NCBI GenBank assembly: GCA_013289475.1
Contig: JABCZW010000003.1
Location: forward strand, 17,845 to 81,844
DNA from: Bacteroidota bacterium
GTDB lineage: Bacteria; Bacteroidota; Bacteroidia; JABEUT01
Length of the DNA stretch: 64,000 nucleotides
Reading direction: 5' to 3'
The translations under genes were made by a program, and so were the position numbers. The notes beneath the pieces were generated by a model. That model did not search any database, was not told the DNA's origin, and saw only the letters and a list, made by a program, of their open reading frames with translations. Below are positions 30,918-41,982 of the stretch, in pieces (position 1 is the first letter of the stretch; each line of letters begins with the position of its first letter).

Positions 30918-31217
30918 TAAGCCCTAAGGGATTAAGTAAAAGTTCTATGGAAAATCTGCGTAATCTGTGGCAAAAACAACCGACAAAAACCGACACTTGT
31001 ACATCTACTGATGGGGGTACCAAAAGGTAACACTTTTTGGGCATTTTAAAAATGTAAATGGTTAATTATCAAGGCATTAAATAAAACCAAGAAGCAAAAA
31101 GTGTCACCCCATTTAAGCATCTGATTATCAATAACAAATCAAAATAAGGGGTAAATACAAAAATCGCTTAAAATATCATATTATTTCCGCCAAAACCGAC
31201 ACTTAGCAATTAAAACT

Positions 31218-31282
31218 GAGACTGCCACATCCCATATTTGATAGGAGATGGGATTCGCAGTGACGGTGCTTCGTTCAATGAC
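31218..31282. repeat. REP-like palindromic element
   Basis: gagactgccac-atccca...tgggat-tcgcagtgac followed by tgcttcgttcaatgac; resembles the GAGATTGCCAC...CGCAATGAC interspersed repeat class, with an internal atccca/tgggat stem. Confidence 0.55.
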
Positions 31283-31321
31283 TTACCCCTTATCCCTTAC
31301 GACTTTTCTAATGATTTTCAT

Positions 31322-31329
31322 TACTTTTG
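31322..31329 (+). promoter_or_regulatory. -7 element (TACTTTTG) of the wbpD operon
   Basis: TAnnTTTG 20 bp upstream of GTG 31350. Confidence 0.6.
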
Positions 31330-31349
31330 CACACCTATAAAAAAGACGA

Positions 31350-31937
31350 GTGAGTAATACAGCTAATATAACCATCCACCCCAGCGCTATTGTAGACGAA
31401 GGCTGCAAAATTGGCGAAGGAACCAAAGTGTGGCACTTCAGCCATATAATGCCCGATTGCGTTATTGGAAAAAACTGCAACATAGGGCAGAACGTAGTGG
31501 TATCTCCTGGTGTTGTATTGGGCAATAATGTTAAGATTCAAAATAACGTATCGATATATACAGGAGTTATTTGCGAAGATGATGTTTTCCTGGGACCATC
31601 AATGGTATTTACCAATGTGGTTAACCCACGCAGTGCCATTAACCGCAGGGGGCAATACGCTAAAACAACGGTAAAAAAAGGTGCTACTATCGGTGCCAAC
31701 TCAACCATAGTTTGCGGGCATGATATTGGCGAGTTTGCATTCATTGGCGCCGGTGCTGTAGTAACTAAGCATATTAAACCTTATGCATTGGTAGTAGGCA
31801 ACCCTGCCAAACAAATAGGCTGGATGAGCGAATATGGTCACCGCCTGAGTTTTGATAAGAACGGTATTGCAGAATGCCCTGAAAGCAAAGAAAAATACAA
31901 ATTGGAAAACGGAGAAGTACATAAAATAAAAGCATAA
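31350..31937 (+). CDS. wbpD: UDP-2-acetamido-3-amino-2,3-dideoxy-glucuronate N-acetyltransferase (WbpD/WlbB, hexapeptide repeat)
   Basis: [50 protein letters not shown]. Confidence 0.9.
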   Translation: MSNTANITIHPSAIVDEGCKIGEGTKVWHFSHIMPDCVIGKNCNIGQNVVVSPGVVLGNNVKIQNNVSIYTGVICEDDVFLGPSMVFTNVVNPRSAINRRGQYAKTTVKKGATIGANSTIVCGHDIGEFAFIGAGAVVTKHIKPYALVVGNPAKQIGWMSEYGHRLSFDKNGIAECPESKEKYKLENGEVHKIKA

Positions 31938-32959
31938 TGAGCGGCAACAAAATAAAGTTCGGGGTAATAGGATGCGGCCACATTGGCAAGCGCCATGCTG
32001 AAATGATCACCAGAAACGAAGATTGTGAACTTGTTGCCCTTTGCGATGTATTACCTAAAGAAAAACTTGGCCTCGATGCATATCCTAATGTTCCATTCTT
32101 TCCTTCGGTAGAAGCTATGCTTTCATCAGGTATTGATATGGATGTGGTTTCGGTTTGCAGCCCTAACGGCTTGCATGCTACCCATGCATTGAATGTATTG
32201 GAAGCGAAGAAACATGTGGTTTGTGAAAAACCTATGGCACTTAAAAAATCAGATTGCGAAGAGGTGATACATAAATCGATGCAGGTGCACCGCCAGGTAT
32301 TTTGTGTAATGCAAAACCGTTACTCTCCACCAGCAGAATGGTTGAAGGAATTGATAGAGTCGAAAAAACTGGGCGATATATATATGGTTCAGCTCAACTG
32401 CTACTGGAACCGTGATGAGCGCTATTATAAGGCAGGAACATGGAAGGGCAAAAAAGATATGGATGGTGGAGTATTGTTCACACAGTTCTCTCACTTTATA
32501 GATATGATGTATTGGCTCTTTGGCGATATAGATAAAGTAAAAGCGCACTTCTTCAACTTTAACCATCAGAAGAATACAGAGTTTGATGATAGTGGTGTAG
32601 TGAGTTTCCATTTCACAAAACAGGGAATGGGTTGCATTAACTTCTCTACCTCGGTATGGGATACCAATTTTGAAAGCAGCTTGACTATTATTGGACAAAA
32701 CGGAACTGTAAAAGTAGGTGGCCAATACATGGACAAGATAGAGTATTGCCACATTAAGGACTATAATATGCCAACATTAGCTCCAACCAATCCTGCCAAT
32801 GATTATGGTTCATACAAAGGCTCTGCGGCTAACCATCATTATATTATTGAAAACGTAGTAAAAACGTTGAAAGGAGATTCATCGGTTACTACCAATGCCC
32901 TTGAAGGAATGAAGGTGGTAGATATGATTGAAAGGATATACGCCGCCAAAAAAAAATAA
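31937..32959 (+). CDS. wbpB: Gfo/Idh/MocA oxidoreductase (WbpB/WlbA-like UDP-GlcNAcA 3-dehydrogenase)
   Basis: IGCGHIG, CEKPMA, QNRY, DGGVLFTQFSHFID; translationally coupled to wbpD. Confidence 0.8.
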   Translation: MSGNKIKFGVIGCGHIGKRHAEMITRNEDCELVALCDVLPKEKLGLDAYPNVPFFPSVEAMLSSGIDMDVVSVCSPNGLHATHALNVLEAKKHVVCEKPMALKKSDCEEVIHKSMQVHRQVFCVMQNRYSPPAEWLKELIESKKLGDIYMVQLNCYWNRDERYYKAGTWKGKKDMDGGVLFTQFSHFIDMMYWLFGDIDKVKAHFFNFNHQKNTEFDDSGVVSFHFTKQGMGCINFSTSVWDTNFESSLTIIGQNGTVKVGGQYMDKIEYCHIKDYNMPTLAPTNPANDYGSYKGSAANHHYIIENVVKTLKGDSSVTTNALEGMKVVDMIERIYAAKKK

Positions 32960-32962
32960 AAA

Positions 32963-34252
32963 ATGCAACAAGAGATTCTTAACAAAAAAGCGAAGATTGC
33001 CCTTATCGGCTTAGGCTATGTGGGCCTGCCCATTGCACTCGCTTTTGCACGTAAAGTAAAAGTAATTGGTTTCGATATTAACGCGAAGAGGGTTGATATG
33101 ATGAAACATGGCATTGACCCGAGTGGTGAACTGCCTAAAAGCGATTTTGAAGGCTGCGATATTGAGTTTACTGATTCATTGGAAGTATTGAAACAGGCAT
33201 CCTTCTTTATTGTTGCAGTACCTACCCCAATAGATAATTCAAACAAGCCCGACCTTACACCTGTTATTAAAGCCAGCGAAAGCATTGGTAAAGTAATTAA
33301 GAAAGGTGACTATGTTGTTTATGAATCGACCGTTTACCCGGGCTGTACCGAAGAAGACTGTGTACCTATAATAGAAAAGCTTTCCGGCCTGAAAATGGGC
33401 AAGGACTTTAAAGTAGGTTATTCTCCTGAGCGTATTAACCCGGGAGATAAGGAACATACTATTACCAAGATCTTAAAAATAGTATCGGGTTGCGATAAGG
33501 AAGCGCTTGATACCATTGCTGATGTATATTCTATTATTGTTGAGCCGGGAGTGCACAAAGCTCCATCAATCAAAGTTGCTGAAGCAGCTAAAATTATTGA
33601 GAACACCCAGCGCGACGTGAACATTGCACTGATGAATGAGCTGTCTATCATCTTTAATCGTATGGATATAAATACATACGATGTATTAGCAGCAGCAGGC
33701 ACCAAATGGAATTTCTTAAATTTCTCACCGGGACTTGTAGGCGGCCACTGTATAGGCGTTGACCCATACTATCTCATACACAAAGCTGAAGCTTTGGGTT
33801 ACCATACACACGTTATTAATTCGGGGCGTTATGTAAATGACTCGATGGGGTTTTATGTCGCCAAGAATGCAGTAAAGAAAATAATTGCAACCGGTAAAGA
33901 CATATCAAAAGCCAAGGTATTGGTAATGGGCGCTACATTTAAAGAAAATGTAATGGATATACGCAACTCGCGTATTGCAGATGTAGTAAAGGAATTGAAA
34001 TCTTTTTCACTGACAGTAGATGTTACAGACCCCCTTGCTGATTCAGAAGAACTGAAAGAAGAATATGGTTTTGAATTAGTGAAAGAAGTGGGTAAAAACT
34101 ACGATGCGGTAATTATTGCTGTAAATCACAAACAATACACCGCACTAAACGAAGATTACTTTGCATCTATACTAACCTCTCAGGGTGTAGTAGTTGATGT
34201 TAAAGGCATATACAGAAACAAGATTCACAAATTTGCTTACTGGAGTTTATAA
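32963..34252 (+). CDS. UDP-HexNAc 6-dehydrogenase (WbpO/TviB/WbpA family)
   Basis: GLGYVGLP, VPTP, ESTVYPG, YSPERINPG, KIIENTQRDVNIA, GGHCIGVDP. Confidence 0.93.
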   Translation: MQQEILNKKAKIALIGLGYVGLPIALAFARKVKVIGFDINAKRVDMMKHGIDPSGELPKSDFEGCDIEFTDSLEVLKQASFFIVAVPTPIDNSNKPDLTPVIKASESIGKVIKKGDYVVYESTVYPGCTEEDCVPIIEKLSGLKMGKDFKVGYSPERINPGDKEHTITKILKIVSGCDKEALDTIADVYSIIVEPGVHKAPSIKVAEAAKIIENTQRDVNIALMNELSIIFNRMDINTYDVLAAAGTKWNFLNFSPGLVGGHCIGVDPYYLIHKAEALGYHTHVINSGRYVNDSMGFYVAKNAVKKIIATGKDISKAKVLVMGATFKENVMDIRNSRIADVVKELKSFSLTVDVTDPLADSEELKEEYGFELVKEVGKNYDAVIIAVNHKQYTALNEDYFASILTSQGVVVDVKGIYRNKIHKFAYWSL

Positions 34253-34255
34253 AAA

Positions 34256-35320
34256 ATGAAACGCGATTTTAAAACCATACTTATTACGGGCGGTGCAGGC
34301 TTTATCGGCTCGCATGTTGTAAGGAGATTTGTCAATAATTATCCCGACAGCAAAATCATTAACCTCGATAAGCTTACGTATGCAGGCAACCTGCAAAACC
34401 TTACCGATGTTGAGAATAAACCTAACTATACTTTTGTAAAAGGAGATATTACCGACAAGAACTTTATTGACGAGCTTTTTATTAAATATAATTTTGATGC
34501 AGTTGTCCACCTGGCTGCTGAATCACATGTGGACCGTTCGATTTCAAACCCAACTGAGTTTGCTATTACCAATGTTATAGGAACCATTAATATGTTAAAT
34601 GCTGCAAAAAAGAGCTGGGCAAATAGTATGGAAGGCAAGCTTTTCTATCACATATCTACAGATGAAGTTTTTGGTTCACTGGGCGCAACAGGGTTCTTTA
34701 CTGAAACGACCGCTTATGATCCGCGCAGCCCCTACTCTGCTTCTAAGGCCAGCTCCGACCATTTTGTAATGGCTTATTACCATACTTATAAATTACCGGT
34801 AGTAATATCAAACTGTTCAAATAATTATGGTTCGCACCATTTCCCTGAAAAGCTTATTCCGCTTGCTATACATAACATTAAGGACAATAAGCCGGTGCCT
34901 GTTTATGGCAAAGGCGAAAACATTCGCGACTGGCTATTTGTAGAAGACCATGCTTCAGCCATTGATGTAATTGTGTATAGAGGAACCATTGGCAACACTT
35001 ATAATATTGGCGGGCATAACGAATGGAAGAATATTGACCTTATCAATTTGCTCTGCAAAATCATGGATAAGAAACTGAACCGTGCAACTGGCACATCAGC
35101 AAAGCTTATAACCTTTGTAAAAGACCGCGCCGGCCACGATATGCGCTACGCTATTGATTCAACCAAGATTCAAAAAGAACTGGGCTGGAAACCTTCATTA
35201 CAATTTGAAGAAGGGCTTGAAAAAACAGTTGACTGGTACCTTGCCAATGAAGCCTGGTTAAACAATGTTACATCGGGTGACTACCAGAAATACTACGAGA
35301 AACAATACGTTCAGAGGTAA
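34256..35320 (+). CDS. rfbB: dTDP-glucose 4,6-dehydratase
   Basis: TGGAGFIG, DKLTYAGN, AESHVDRSI, STDEV, YSASKA, CSNNYG. Confidence 0.97.
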   Translation: MKRDFKTILITGGAGFIGSHVVRRFVNNYPDSKIINLDKLTYAGNLQNLTDVENKPNYTFVKGDITDKNFIDELFIKYNFDAVVHLAAESHVDRSISNPTEFAITNVIGTINMLNAAKKSWANSMEGKLFYHISTDEVFGSLGATGFFTETTAYDPRSPYSASKASSDHFVMAYYHTYKLPVVISNCSNNYGSHHFPEKLIPLAIHNIKDNKPVPVYGKGENIRDWLFVEDHASAIDVIVYRGTIGNTYNIGGHNEWKNIDLINLLCKIMDKKLNRATGTSAKLITFVKDRAGHDMRYAIDSTKIQKELGWKPSLQFEEGLEKTVDWYLANEAWLNNVTSGDYQKYYEKQYVQR

Positions 35321-35328
35321 ATAAAAAA

Positions 35329-35354
35329 GCTTACCTATTCGAAAACAGGTAAGC
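35329..35354. terminator. Probable intrinsic (possibly bidirectional) terminator
   Basis: gcttacct...aggtaagc stem between convergent rfbB and cyclophilin, with an A6 run on the left (U-tract on the - strand). Confidence 0.7.
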
Positions 35355-35374
35355 CTTCTTAAAATATTAAACTA

Positions 35375-35809
35375 CTACTCAGTAATAATTATCTTATTAA
35401 TAACATCACCTGCAACTATCTGATCAATCACATCAAGGCCTTCAACCACTTTACCAAAGCAAGTATGCTTTCTGTCAAGATGTTTAGTGTTGGTACGGCT
35501 ATGGCAGATAAAGAATTGTGAGCCACCGGTATTAGGCCCTGCATGTGCCATGCTTAACACACCTCTGTCGTGGTATTGGTTATTGCCTGAAGTCTCGCAA
35601 CGTATTTGGTATCCCGGTCCCCCGGTACCAGTGCCTGTAGGGCAACCGCCTTGTATAACAAAGTCAGGTATAACCCTGTGGAACTTAAGTCCATCGTAAA
35701 AACCGGCCTTTGCAAGTTTCACAAAATTCTCTACTGTTCCCGGTGCATCCTGCTCGTAGAACTCTACTTTCATAGTGCCCTTTACTGTTTGAATCTCTGC
35801 TTTTTTCAT
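35375..35809 (-). CDS. Cyclophilin-type peptidyl-prolyl cis-trans isomerase
   Basis: [39 protein letters not shown]. Confidence 0.95.
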   Translation of the reverse strand: MKKAEIQTVKGTMKVEFYEQDAPGTVENFVKLAKAGFYDGLKFHRVIPDFVIQGGCPTGTGTGGPGYQIRCETSGNNQYHDRGVLSMAHAGPNTGGSQFFICHSRTNTKHLDRKHTCFGKVVEGLDVIDQIVAGDVINKIIITE

Positions 35810-35841
35810 TGTTCTTTGTTTATTAAAATTTTAAATATTGG

Positions 35842-36627
35842 TTATAAGCAACCCATCCTGCCACCATCCACGGGCATATTGGTACCATTGATGTATGAAG
35901 CTTCAGGCGAAGCAAGAAAAGCAACTGCATAAGCAATCTCCTCAGGCTTGGCAAAACGCCCCGCAGGTATCTTGCTCAGCATATCGGCTTTAACCTGTTC
36001 TTCGCTCTTGCCTGTCTTCTTTGATGTATTGGAAACTATATCGGTAATACGCGCTGTTTCAGTTGCTCCCGGCAATACGTTATTTACCGTTATACCAAAA
36101 AGGCCAAGTTCAAATGACATGGTCTTTGACCAGTTAGCCACCGCAGCACGTATAGTATTTGATACACCCAGGCCTTTTATTGGTTCCTTAACTGAAGTAG
36201 AAATAATATTAATAATGCGGCCATACCTGTTCTTCTTCATTCCAGGAATTACTAATTGGGTCAATAGGTGATTGCATATCAAATGCCTTTGGAATGTATT
36301 GATAAAGTCCTCAGGCTTGGCTTGTGTTATTTCTCCACCGCTAGGCCCTCCACTATTATTCACTAATATGTGGAACTCATTCCCACCTATAAGATACTTT
36401 TCTACACTGGCTTTTAACTCTTCGGGCTTATCAAAATTGGCAACTATATAATCGTGCTTTTGGCCTGCATTTGTTGCTAATTCTTTCAATGTTGTTTTAA
36501 GTGCATCTTCGTTGCGTGCAACCAGTGTAACACTTGCACCAAGGCTTGATAATTGCAATGCCGAGGCTTTACCTATACCCTGTGTACTGCCACACACCAA
36601 TGCTCTTTTACCTGTTAAGTTTAACAT
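35842..36627 (-). CDS. SDR family oxidoreductase
   Basis: GSTQGIG, NNSGGP, VSNTIRAAV, NNVLPG, DGG. Confidence 0.9.
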   Translation of the reverse strand: MLNLTGKRALVCGSTQGIGKASALQLSSLGASVTLVARNEDALKTTLKELATNAGQKHDYIVANFDKPEELKASVEKYLIGGNEFHILVNNSGGPSGGEITQAKPEDFINTFQRHLICNHLLTQLVIPGMKKNRYGRIINIISTSVKEPIKGLGVSNTIRAAVANWSKTMSFELGLFGITVNNVLPGATETARITDIVSNTSKKTGKSEEQVKADMLSKIPAGRFAKPEEIAYAVAFLASPEASYINGTNMPVDGGRMGCL

Positions 36628-36632
36628 GAATA

Positions 36633-37772
36633 TTATTCTAATGCTTGTTTCAAATCTGCAATAAGGTCGTCAGCATCTTCAATACCTACACTTAAACGGA
36701 TAAGTGAATCTACCACTCCAGTTTTTTCACGTTCTTCTTTAGGTATTGATGCATGTGTCATACTTGCAGGATGTCCACAAAGTGATTCTACACCACCTAA
36801 TGACTCGGCCAGTGAAAATATCTTGAACTTAGAAAGTACCTTGTGAGCTGCTTCCAGCTTATCTTCTTTTAATGTGAATGACATCATACCACCAAAGCCC
36901 CTCATTTGCTTTTTAGCAACATCGTGGTTAGGATGTGTAGGAAAACCAGGCCAGTAAATCTTGTTAACTTTAGGATGAGTCTTGAGATATTCCGCAACCT
37001 TTATTCCATTTTCGCAATGCCTGTCCATACGGATGTGAAGAGTTTTAGTTCCTCTCAACACCAGGAAACAATCGTGTGGTGAAGGTATTCCGCCGCAACT
37101 ATTCTGAATAAAGGCAAGCCTTTCTGCAAGCTTATCATCGTTGCAAACAATAGCCCCCATTACCACATCAGAGTGCCCGCCAAGGTATTTAGTTACTGAG
37201 TGAACAACTATATCAGCACCAAGATTCAATGGGTTTTGCAGGTAAGGAGAAGCAAAAGTATTATCAACACCGAGTAAAACATTGTTCTTTTTAGCTACTT
37301 CGGCAACCGCTTTAATATCAATAATATTAAGCATTGGGTTGGTAGGTGTTTCAACCCAAATAAGTTTGGTGTTCTTATTTACCAACTTCGCCACATCACT
37401 TGCATTTGCCATGGGTATAAAATGAAACTTAATACCATAGTTAGCGAATATCTTGGTAAAGAGTCTGTATGAACCACCGTACAGATCGTTAGTAGAAATG
37501 ACTTCATCACCAGGGCTAAGGAGCTTTATAATACAATCTTCTGCTGCCATACCACTGCTGAAACAAAGACCGTGTTTTCCATCCTCAAGTGCAGCAAGGT
37601 TCTGTTCTAATGCTTTACGGGTAGGGTTATGTGTGCGTGAATATTCATAACCTTTGTGCTTACCCGGTGCAGACTGAACATAAGTAGATGTTTGGTAAAT
37701 AGGAGTCATAATTGCTCCTGTTGTTGGGTCGGGCTCTTGCCCTGCATGTATAGCTTTAGTAGCGAATTTCAT
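36633..37772 (-). CDS. Cystathionine gamma-synthase/gamma-lyase family PLP enzyme
   Basis: PIYQTSTY, YSRTHNPTR, ETPTNP, DNTF, HSVTKYLGGHSD, SLGGVESL; TATCTTTG box at 37792-37799. Confidence 0.95.
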   Translation of the reverse strand: MKFATKAIHAGQEPDPTTGAIMTPIYQTSTYVQSAPGKHKGYEYSRTHNPTRKALEQNLAALEDGKHGLCFSSGMAAEDCIIKLLSPGDEVISTNDLYGGSYRLFTKIFANYGIKFHFIPMANASDVAKLVNKNTKLIWVETPTNPMLNIIDIKAVAEVAKKNNVLLGVDNTFASPYLQNPLNLGADIVVHSVTKYLGGHSDVVMGAIVCNDDKLAERLAFIQNSCGGIPSPHDCFLVLRGTKTLHIRMDRHCENGIKVAEYLKTHPKVNKIYWPGFPTHPNHDVAKKQMRGFGGMMSFTLKEDKLEAAHKVLSKFKIFSLAESLGGVESLCGHPASMTHASIPKEEREKTGVVDSLIRLSVGIEDADDLIADLKQALE

Positions 37773-37902
37773 AATAGTAAATTAAGGGTAGCAAAGATAG
37801 GGTTATTCTTTAGTTTTTTAAGGGCTATATTTTTTAGTAAATACACACGAAAATCAATAAGTTTGTATCTTTAACGTTAATCTATTTACAAACGTATCAT
37901 TT

Positions 37903-38769
37903 ATGAAAGGAATTATACTTGCAGGTGGCTCTGGCACACGTTTACACCCACTTACACTCGCTACCAGTAAGCAGCTTATGCCTATCTATAATAAGCCCAT
38001 GATATACTACCCATTATCGGTACTTATGATGACGGGAATTAATGAGATACTTATCATATCTACACCACAGGATACTCCAAACTTTAAACGCTTGCTGGGA
38101 GATGGTAAAAGCCTGGGCTGCAGAATTGAATATGCGGTACAAGAAGTACCTAATGGTCTGGCACAAGCATTTGTAATAGGTGAAAAATTTATAGGAAAAG
38201 ATAAAGTAGCTCTTGTACTGGGTGATAACATATTTTATGGTACAGGACTAGGAAGACTGCTCCAGTCGAACCAAAACCCGGATGGCGGAATTGTATTTGC
38301 CTACCACGTATCGGACCCTGAACGCTACGGTGTTGTTGAATTTGATAAAGAAAATCACGTAATATCGATAGAGGAAAAACCTAAACAGCCCCGTTCTAAT
38401 TATGCTGTACCCGGCCTTTATTTTTATGATAACAGCGTGGTTGAAATTGCGAAAAATTTAAAACCAAGCGCCCGTGGTGAATATGAAATAACAGACGTAA
38501 ATAAAGAATACCTGAAGCAGGGAAAACTTAAAGTAAGTATACTGGAACGAGGCACTGCATGGTTCGATACAGGTACATTTGCATCACTAATGCAGGCTTC
38601 TCAATTTGTGCAAGTAATTGAAGAACGTCAGGGCATGAATATTGGCTGTATTGAAGAAGTTGCCTTCCGTATGGGCTTTATTAATAAGGAACAACTTAAG
38701 AAATTAGCCGAACCATTATTAAAAAGTGGCTATGGCAATTACCTTATGAATATTGTAAATGCTGCTTAA
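37903..38769 (+). CDS. rfbA: Glucose-1-phosphate thymidylyltransferase
   Basis: [44 protein letters not shown]. Confidence 0.97.
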   Translation: MKGIILAGGSGTRLHPLTLATSKQLMPIYNKPMIYYPLSVLMMTGINEILIISTPQDTPNFKRLLGDGKSLGCRIEYAVQEVPNGLAQAFVIGEKFIGKDKVALVLGDNIFYGTGLGRLLQSNQNPDGGIVFAYHVSDPERYGVVEFDKENHVISIEEKPKQPRSNYAVPGLYFYDNSVVEIAKNLKPSARGEYEITDVNKEYLKQGKLKVSILERGTAWFDTGTFASLMQASQFVQVIEERQGMNIGCIEEVAFRMGFINKEQLKKLAEPLLKSGYGNYLMNIVNAA

Positions 38770-38777
38770 CAAGATAA

Positions 38778-41249
38778 ATGACGGGAAATAAAATTATAGT
38801 AAGGTGTTTTTGGGGAGCGATATTTTTCGTTTTGCCTGTTATTGCATTTACCCAAACTGTTATAACCGGAAAAATATACGACTCGCAAACCCGGGAGCCT
38901 ATGCCCTTTGTCAATGTATTGCTTAGAAATACAACAATAGGTGCATCGAGTGACTTTGAAGGTAATTATAAAATTGTGACCACTGCATCTTCCGATTCTA
39001 TTCTTGTATCTTACATCGGGTATAAGCATACCTCCAAGGCTATTAGGAATCACCAAACGCAAGAAATAAATATTTTTCTTGATCCTGAATCTACTTCATT
39101 GACTGAGGCTACTATTCACCCTGGCGAAAACCCTGCCTGGAAAATAATGCGGAAGGTAATGGAGCACAAAGAACATAATGACCCCAGTTATATTGAGGCT
39201 TACCAGTATGAGATATATAACAAACTCGAATTTGATCTGAACAATATTTCAAAATCTGCTGAGAACAAAAAAATACTCAAACCTGTCAATTTTGTCTTTA
39301 AAAACATTGACAGTAGCAATGTAAAAGAAAAACCATATCTGCCTGTATTTATATCCGAAGCTGTTTCTGATTACTATTACCGCAACAGTCCGAGGTTTAA
39401 AAAAGAAGTTATTAAGGCGACCAAGTTCTCGGGATTTAAGAACCAAAGTGTTGGACAGTTTACAGGAGATATGTACCAGAACGTTGACCTGTACAAAAAC
39501 ACTTTCCTCATTTTTGGTCAGGAATTTAATAGCCCTATTTCGTATAACTGGAATGTCTTTTATAAATACTACCTTATTGACAGTTTGAATCTTGATGGAC
39601 ACTGGTGTTATCAAATTCAGTTTAAGCCAAAGCACAAACAAGAGTTTGCCTTTTCAGGCAATATGTGGATTGCCGATAGCAGCTATGCACTGCAGCGATT
39701 AGAAATGACTATGCCAAGTGATGTGAATATCAACTTTGTACAAGCATTTAGTGTAATACAGGAGTATGTTGAGGTTGACAAAAAGTATTGGATGCAGAGC
39801 AAGAACAAACTGATTATAGATTTTGCACTTGACAAGAAGGGGACGGGTTTTTATGGCAGAAAGACAAGTCTCTATAAGAATTTCGTGCTTAACCAGCCTA
39901 AAGAAGATAAGTTTTATGATATAACTTCTAACATAGCAGTGGAAGATAGCGCTGAGAGCCGTTCAATTAAATATTGGGATTCGATACGACAAGAACCACT
40001 CTCAAAAAACGAAAAAAGCATTTACAAAATGGTTGATACAGTTCAATCATTGCCTATATACCACCATGCTTATAACGCAACCGTATTACTTCTTACAGGC
40101 TACCATACATATGGAAATTTTGACTTAGGACCTATAACTAACTTTTATAGTTATAATACCGTCGAAGGCTCAAGGCTAAAGTTTAGTGGACGAACCAGTG
40201 ATAAATTCAGTACATGGTATGAATTAAGCGGATACACCGCGTACGGTTTCCAGGATATGAAAATGAAATATGGCCTGGGTTTTAAAACTTTTATAACCAA
40301 AACTCCATGGCAGCAAATAGAGTTACATTATAGTGATGATTTGCAAATATTGGGCCGCTCTGATGATATATTCGGACGAGATAATATCCTCACCTCATTG
40401 CTTGCCCGTGCCCCGGTAAGTAATCTGACGCGTGTGCAGGAAACCCGATTTTCATATGATAGGGACATATTCACGGGACTTGAACTCAAACTATCATATA
40501 TAGATCGCATTTTCTCACCACTGCAAAATAACCAATACGAATTTCTTGGCGATTACGGGCAACATTTCACCAAGCCCAATATACATGCACCTGCCCTACA
40601 GCTTTATTTGAATTTTTCTTACGATGATAAATATATCGTGTACAGTATGAGCCGCAGTGATGTAGGAACAAGGTATCCAACCCTCATATTACAATATACT
40701 GCAGGGCTGCAAGGGATTTTCCAGGGAGATTATTTGTATCACAAAATAGTACTTGGCATTAGCGAAGTTTTGCACATTAATCCTTTTGGTGATACGCATT
40801 ATTATATTGAAGGTGGAAAGATATTTGGCACCGTTCCATACCCGCTTATGCAATTACATCCCGGTAACGAAACTTATGTATATGATGACAACTCGTATAA
40901 TATGATGAATTATTATGAGTTTGCGAGTGATGAGTATCTTGGATTAAATATTGAGCATCACTTCGAAGGCTATTTCTTTAATAAAATACCACTCTTCAGA
41001 AAACTGAAATGGAGAGAAGTTGCAGGCTGCAAATTATTGATAGGCTCTATCAACCCTAAAAATGAGCAATTGCTTGTTTTCCCTTCTACACTAAGAAGCC
41101 TGAACAGCGGGCCATATTCAGAAGCAGACCTTGGAGTTGAAAACATATTCAAGTTCGTACGCATTGATGCACTATGGCGGCTTTCATATCTTAATGACCC
41201 AAATATTTCACGATTTGCGATTATGGGAACCCTTCAACTTATATTTTAA
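38778..41249 (+). CDS. CarboxypepD_reg-like + DUF5686 outer membrane protein
   Basis: [15 protein letters not shown]...SDFEGNY...SYIGY N-domain; ENPAW, YNTVEG; C-terminal GVENIFK..RID...LIF. Confidence 0.8.
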   Translation: MTGNKIIVRCFWGAIFFVLPVIAFTQTVITGKIYDSQTREPMPFVNVLLRNTTIGASSDFEGNYKIVTTASSDSILVSYIGYKHTSKAIRNHQTQEINIFLDPESTSLTEATIHPGENPAWKIMRKVMEHKEHNDPSYIEAYQYEIYNKLEFDLNNISKSAENKKILKPVNFVFKNIDSSNVKEKPYLPVFISEAVSDYYYRNSPRFKKEVIKATKFSGFKNQSVGQFTGDMYQNVDLYKNTFLIFGQEFNSPISYNWNVFYKYYLIDSLNLDGHWCYQIQFKPKHKQEFAFSGNMWIADSSYALQRLEMTMPSDVNINFVQAFSVIQEYVEVDKKYWMQSKNKLIIDFALDKKGTGFYGRKTSLYKNFVLNQPKEDKFYDITSNIAVEDSAESRSIKYWDSIRQEPLSKNEKSIYKMVDTVQSLPIYHHAYNATVLLLTGYHTYGNFDLGPITNFYSYNTVEGSRLKFSGRTSDKFSTWYELSGYTAYGFQDMKMKYGLGFKTFITKTPWQQIELHYSDDLQILGRSDDIFGRDNILTSLLARAPVSNLTRVQETRFSYDRDIFTGLELKLSYIDRIFSPLQNNQYEFLGDYGQHFTKPNIHAPALQLYLNFSYDDKYIVYSMSRSDVGTRYPTLILQYTAGLQGIFQGDYLYHKIVLGISEVLHINPFGDTHYYIEGGKIFGTVPYPLMQLHPGNETYVYDDNSYNMMNYYEFASDEYLGLNIEHHFEGYFFNKIPLFRKLKWREVAGCKLLIGSINPKNEQLLVFPSTLRSLNSGPYSEADLGVENIFKFVRIDALWRLSYLNDPNISRFAIMGTLQLIF

Positions 41250-41251
41250 CT

Positions 41252-41980
41252 ATGATTTTACGCACAACCCAGCTTATAAAAAAATACAAACGACGCACTG
41301 TTGTAAATAAGGTTTCTATTGAGGTTAGCCGGGGTGAAATTGTTGGATTACTTGGCCCTAATGGTGCCGGAAAAACCACATCATTTTATATGATAGTAGG
41401 ATTGGTAAAACCCAATGAAGGAGAAATTTTTCTTGATAACGCTGATATTACTAATGAGCCCATGTATAAAAGGGCTAAAAGAGGAATAACATACCTGCCA
41501 CAGGAAGCATCAATTTTCCGCAAACTGAGCGTACAAGACAACCTAAAGCTGGTGCTTGAAATGACGGGATTGAGTAAAGAAAAACAAAAAGAAAAACTCG
41601 AAAACCTCTTGGATGAATTCGGGCTGCAACACATACGTGATTCAAGGGGAGATGTGTTATCAGGCGGTGAGCGCAGAAGAACGGAAATAGCACGTTGCCT
41701 TGCCGTTGACCCAAGCTTTATATTACTGGATGAGCCTTTTGCCGGGATTGACCCAATTGCAGTTGAAGACATTCAAAAAATTATTGCTCAACTGAAAAAG
41801 AAAGATATAGGCATACTAATTACCGACCACAACGTACACGAAACGCTTTCCATAACTGACAGGGCATATCTTCTATACGAAGGAAGAATACTAAAAGCTG
41901 GTTCCGCATCTCAGCTGGCCGATGACCCTGAAGCACGTAAATTGTATTTAGGAGAAAACTTTGAGCTGAGGCAGCACTAA
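41252..41980 (+). CDS. lptB: LPS export ABC transporter ATP-binding protein
   Basis: [53 protein letters not shown]. Confidence 0.97.
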   Translation: MILRTTQLIKKYKRRTVVNKVSIEVSRGEIVGLLGPNGAGKTTSFYMIVGLVKPNEGEIFLDNADITNEPMYKRAKRGITYLPQEASIFRKLSVQDNLKLVLEMTGLSKEKQKEKLENLLDEFGLQHIRDSRGDVLSGGERRRTEIARCLAVDPSFILLDEPFAGIDPIAVEDIQKIIAQLKKKDIGILITDHNVHETLSITDRAYLLYEGRILKAGSASQLADDPEARKLYLGENFELRQH

Positions 41981-41982
41981 AA

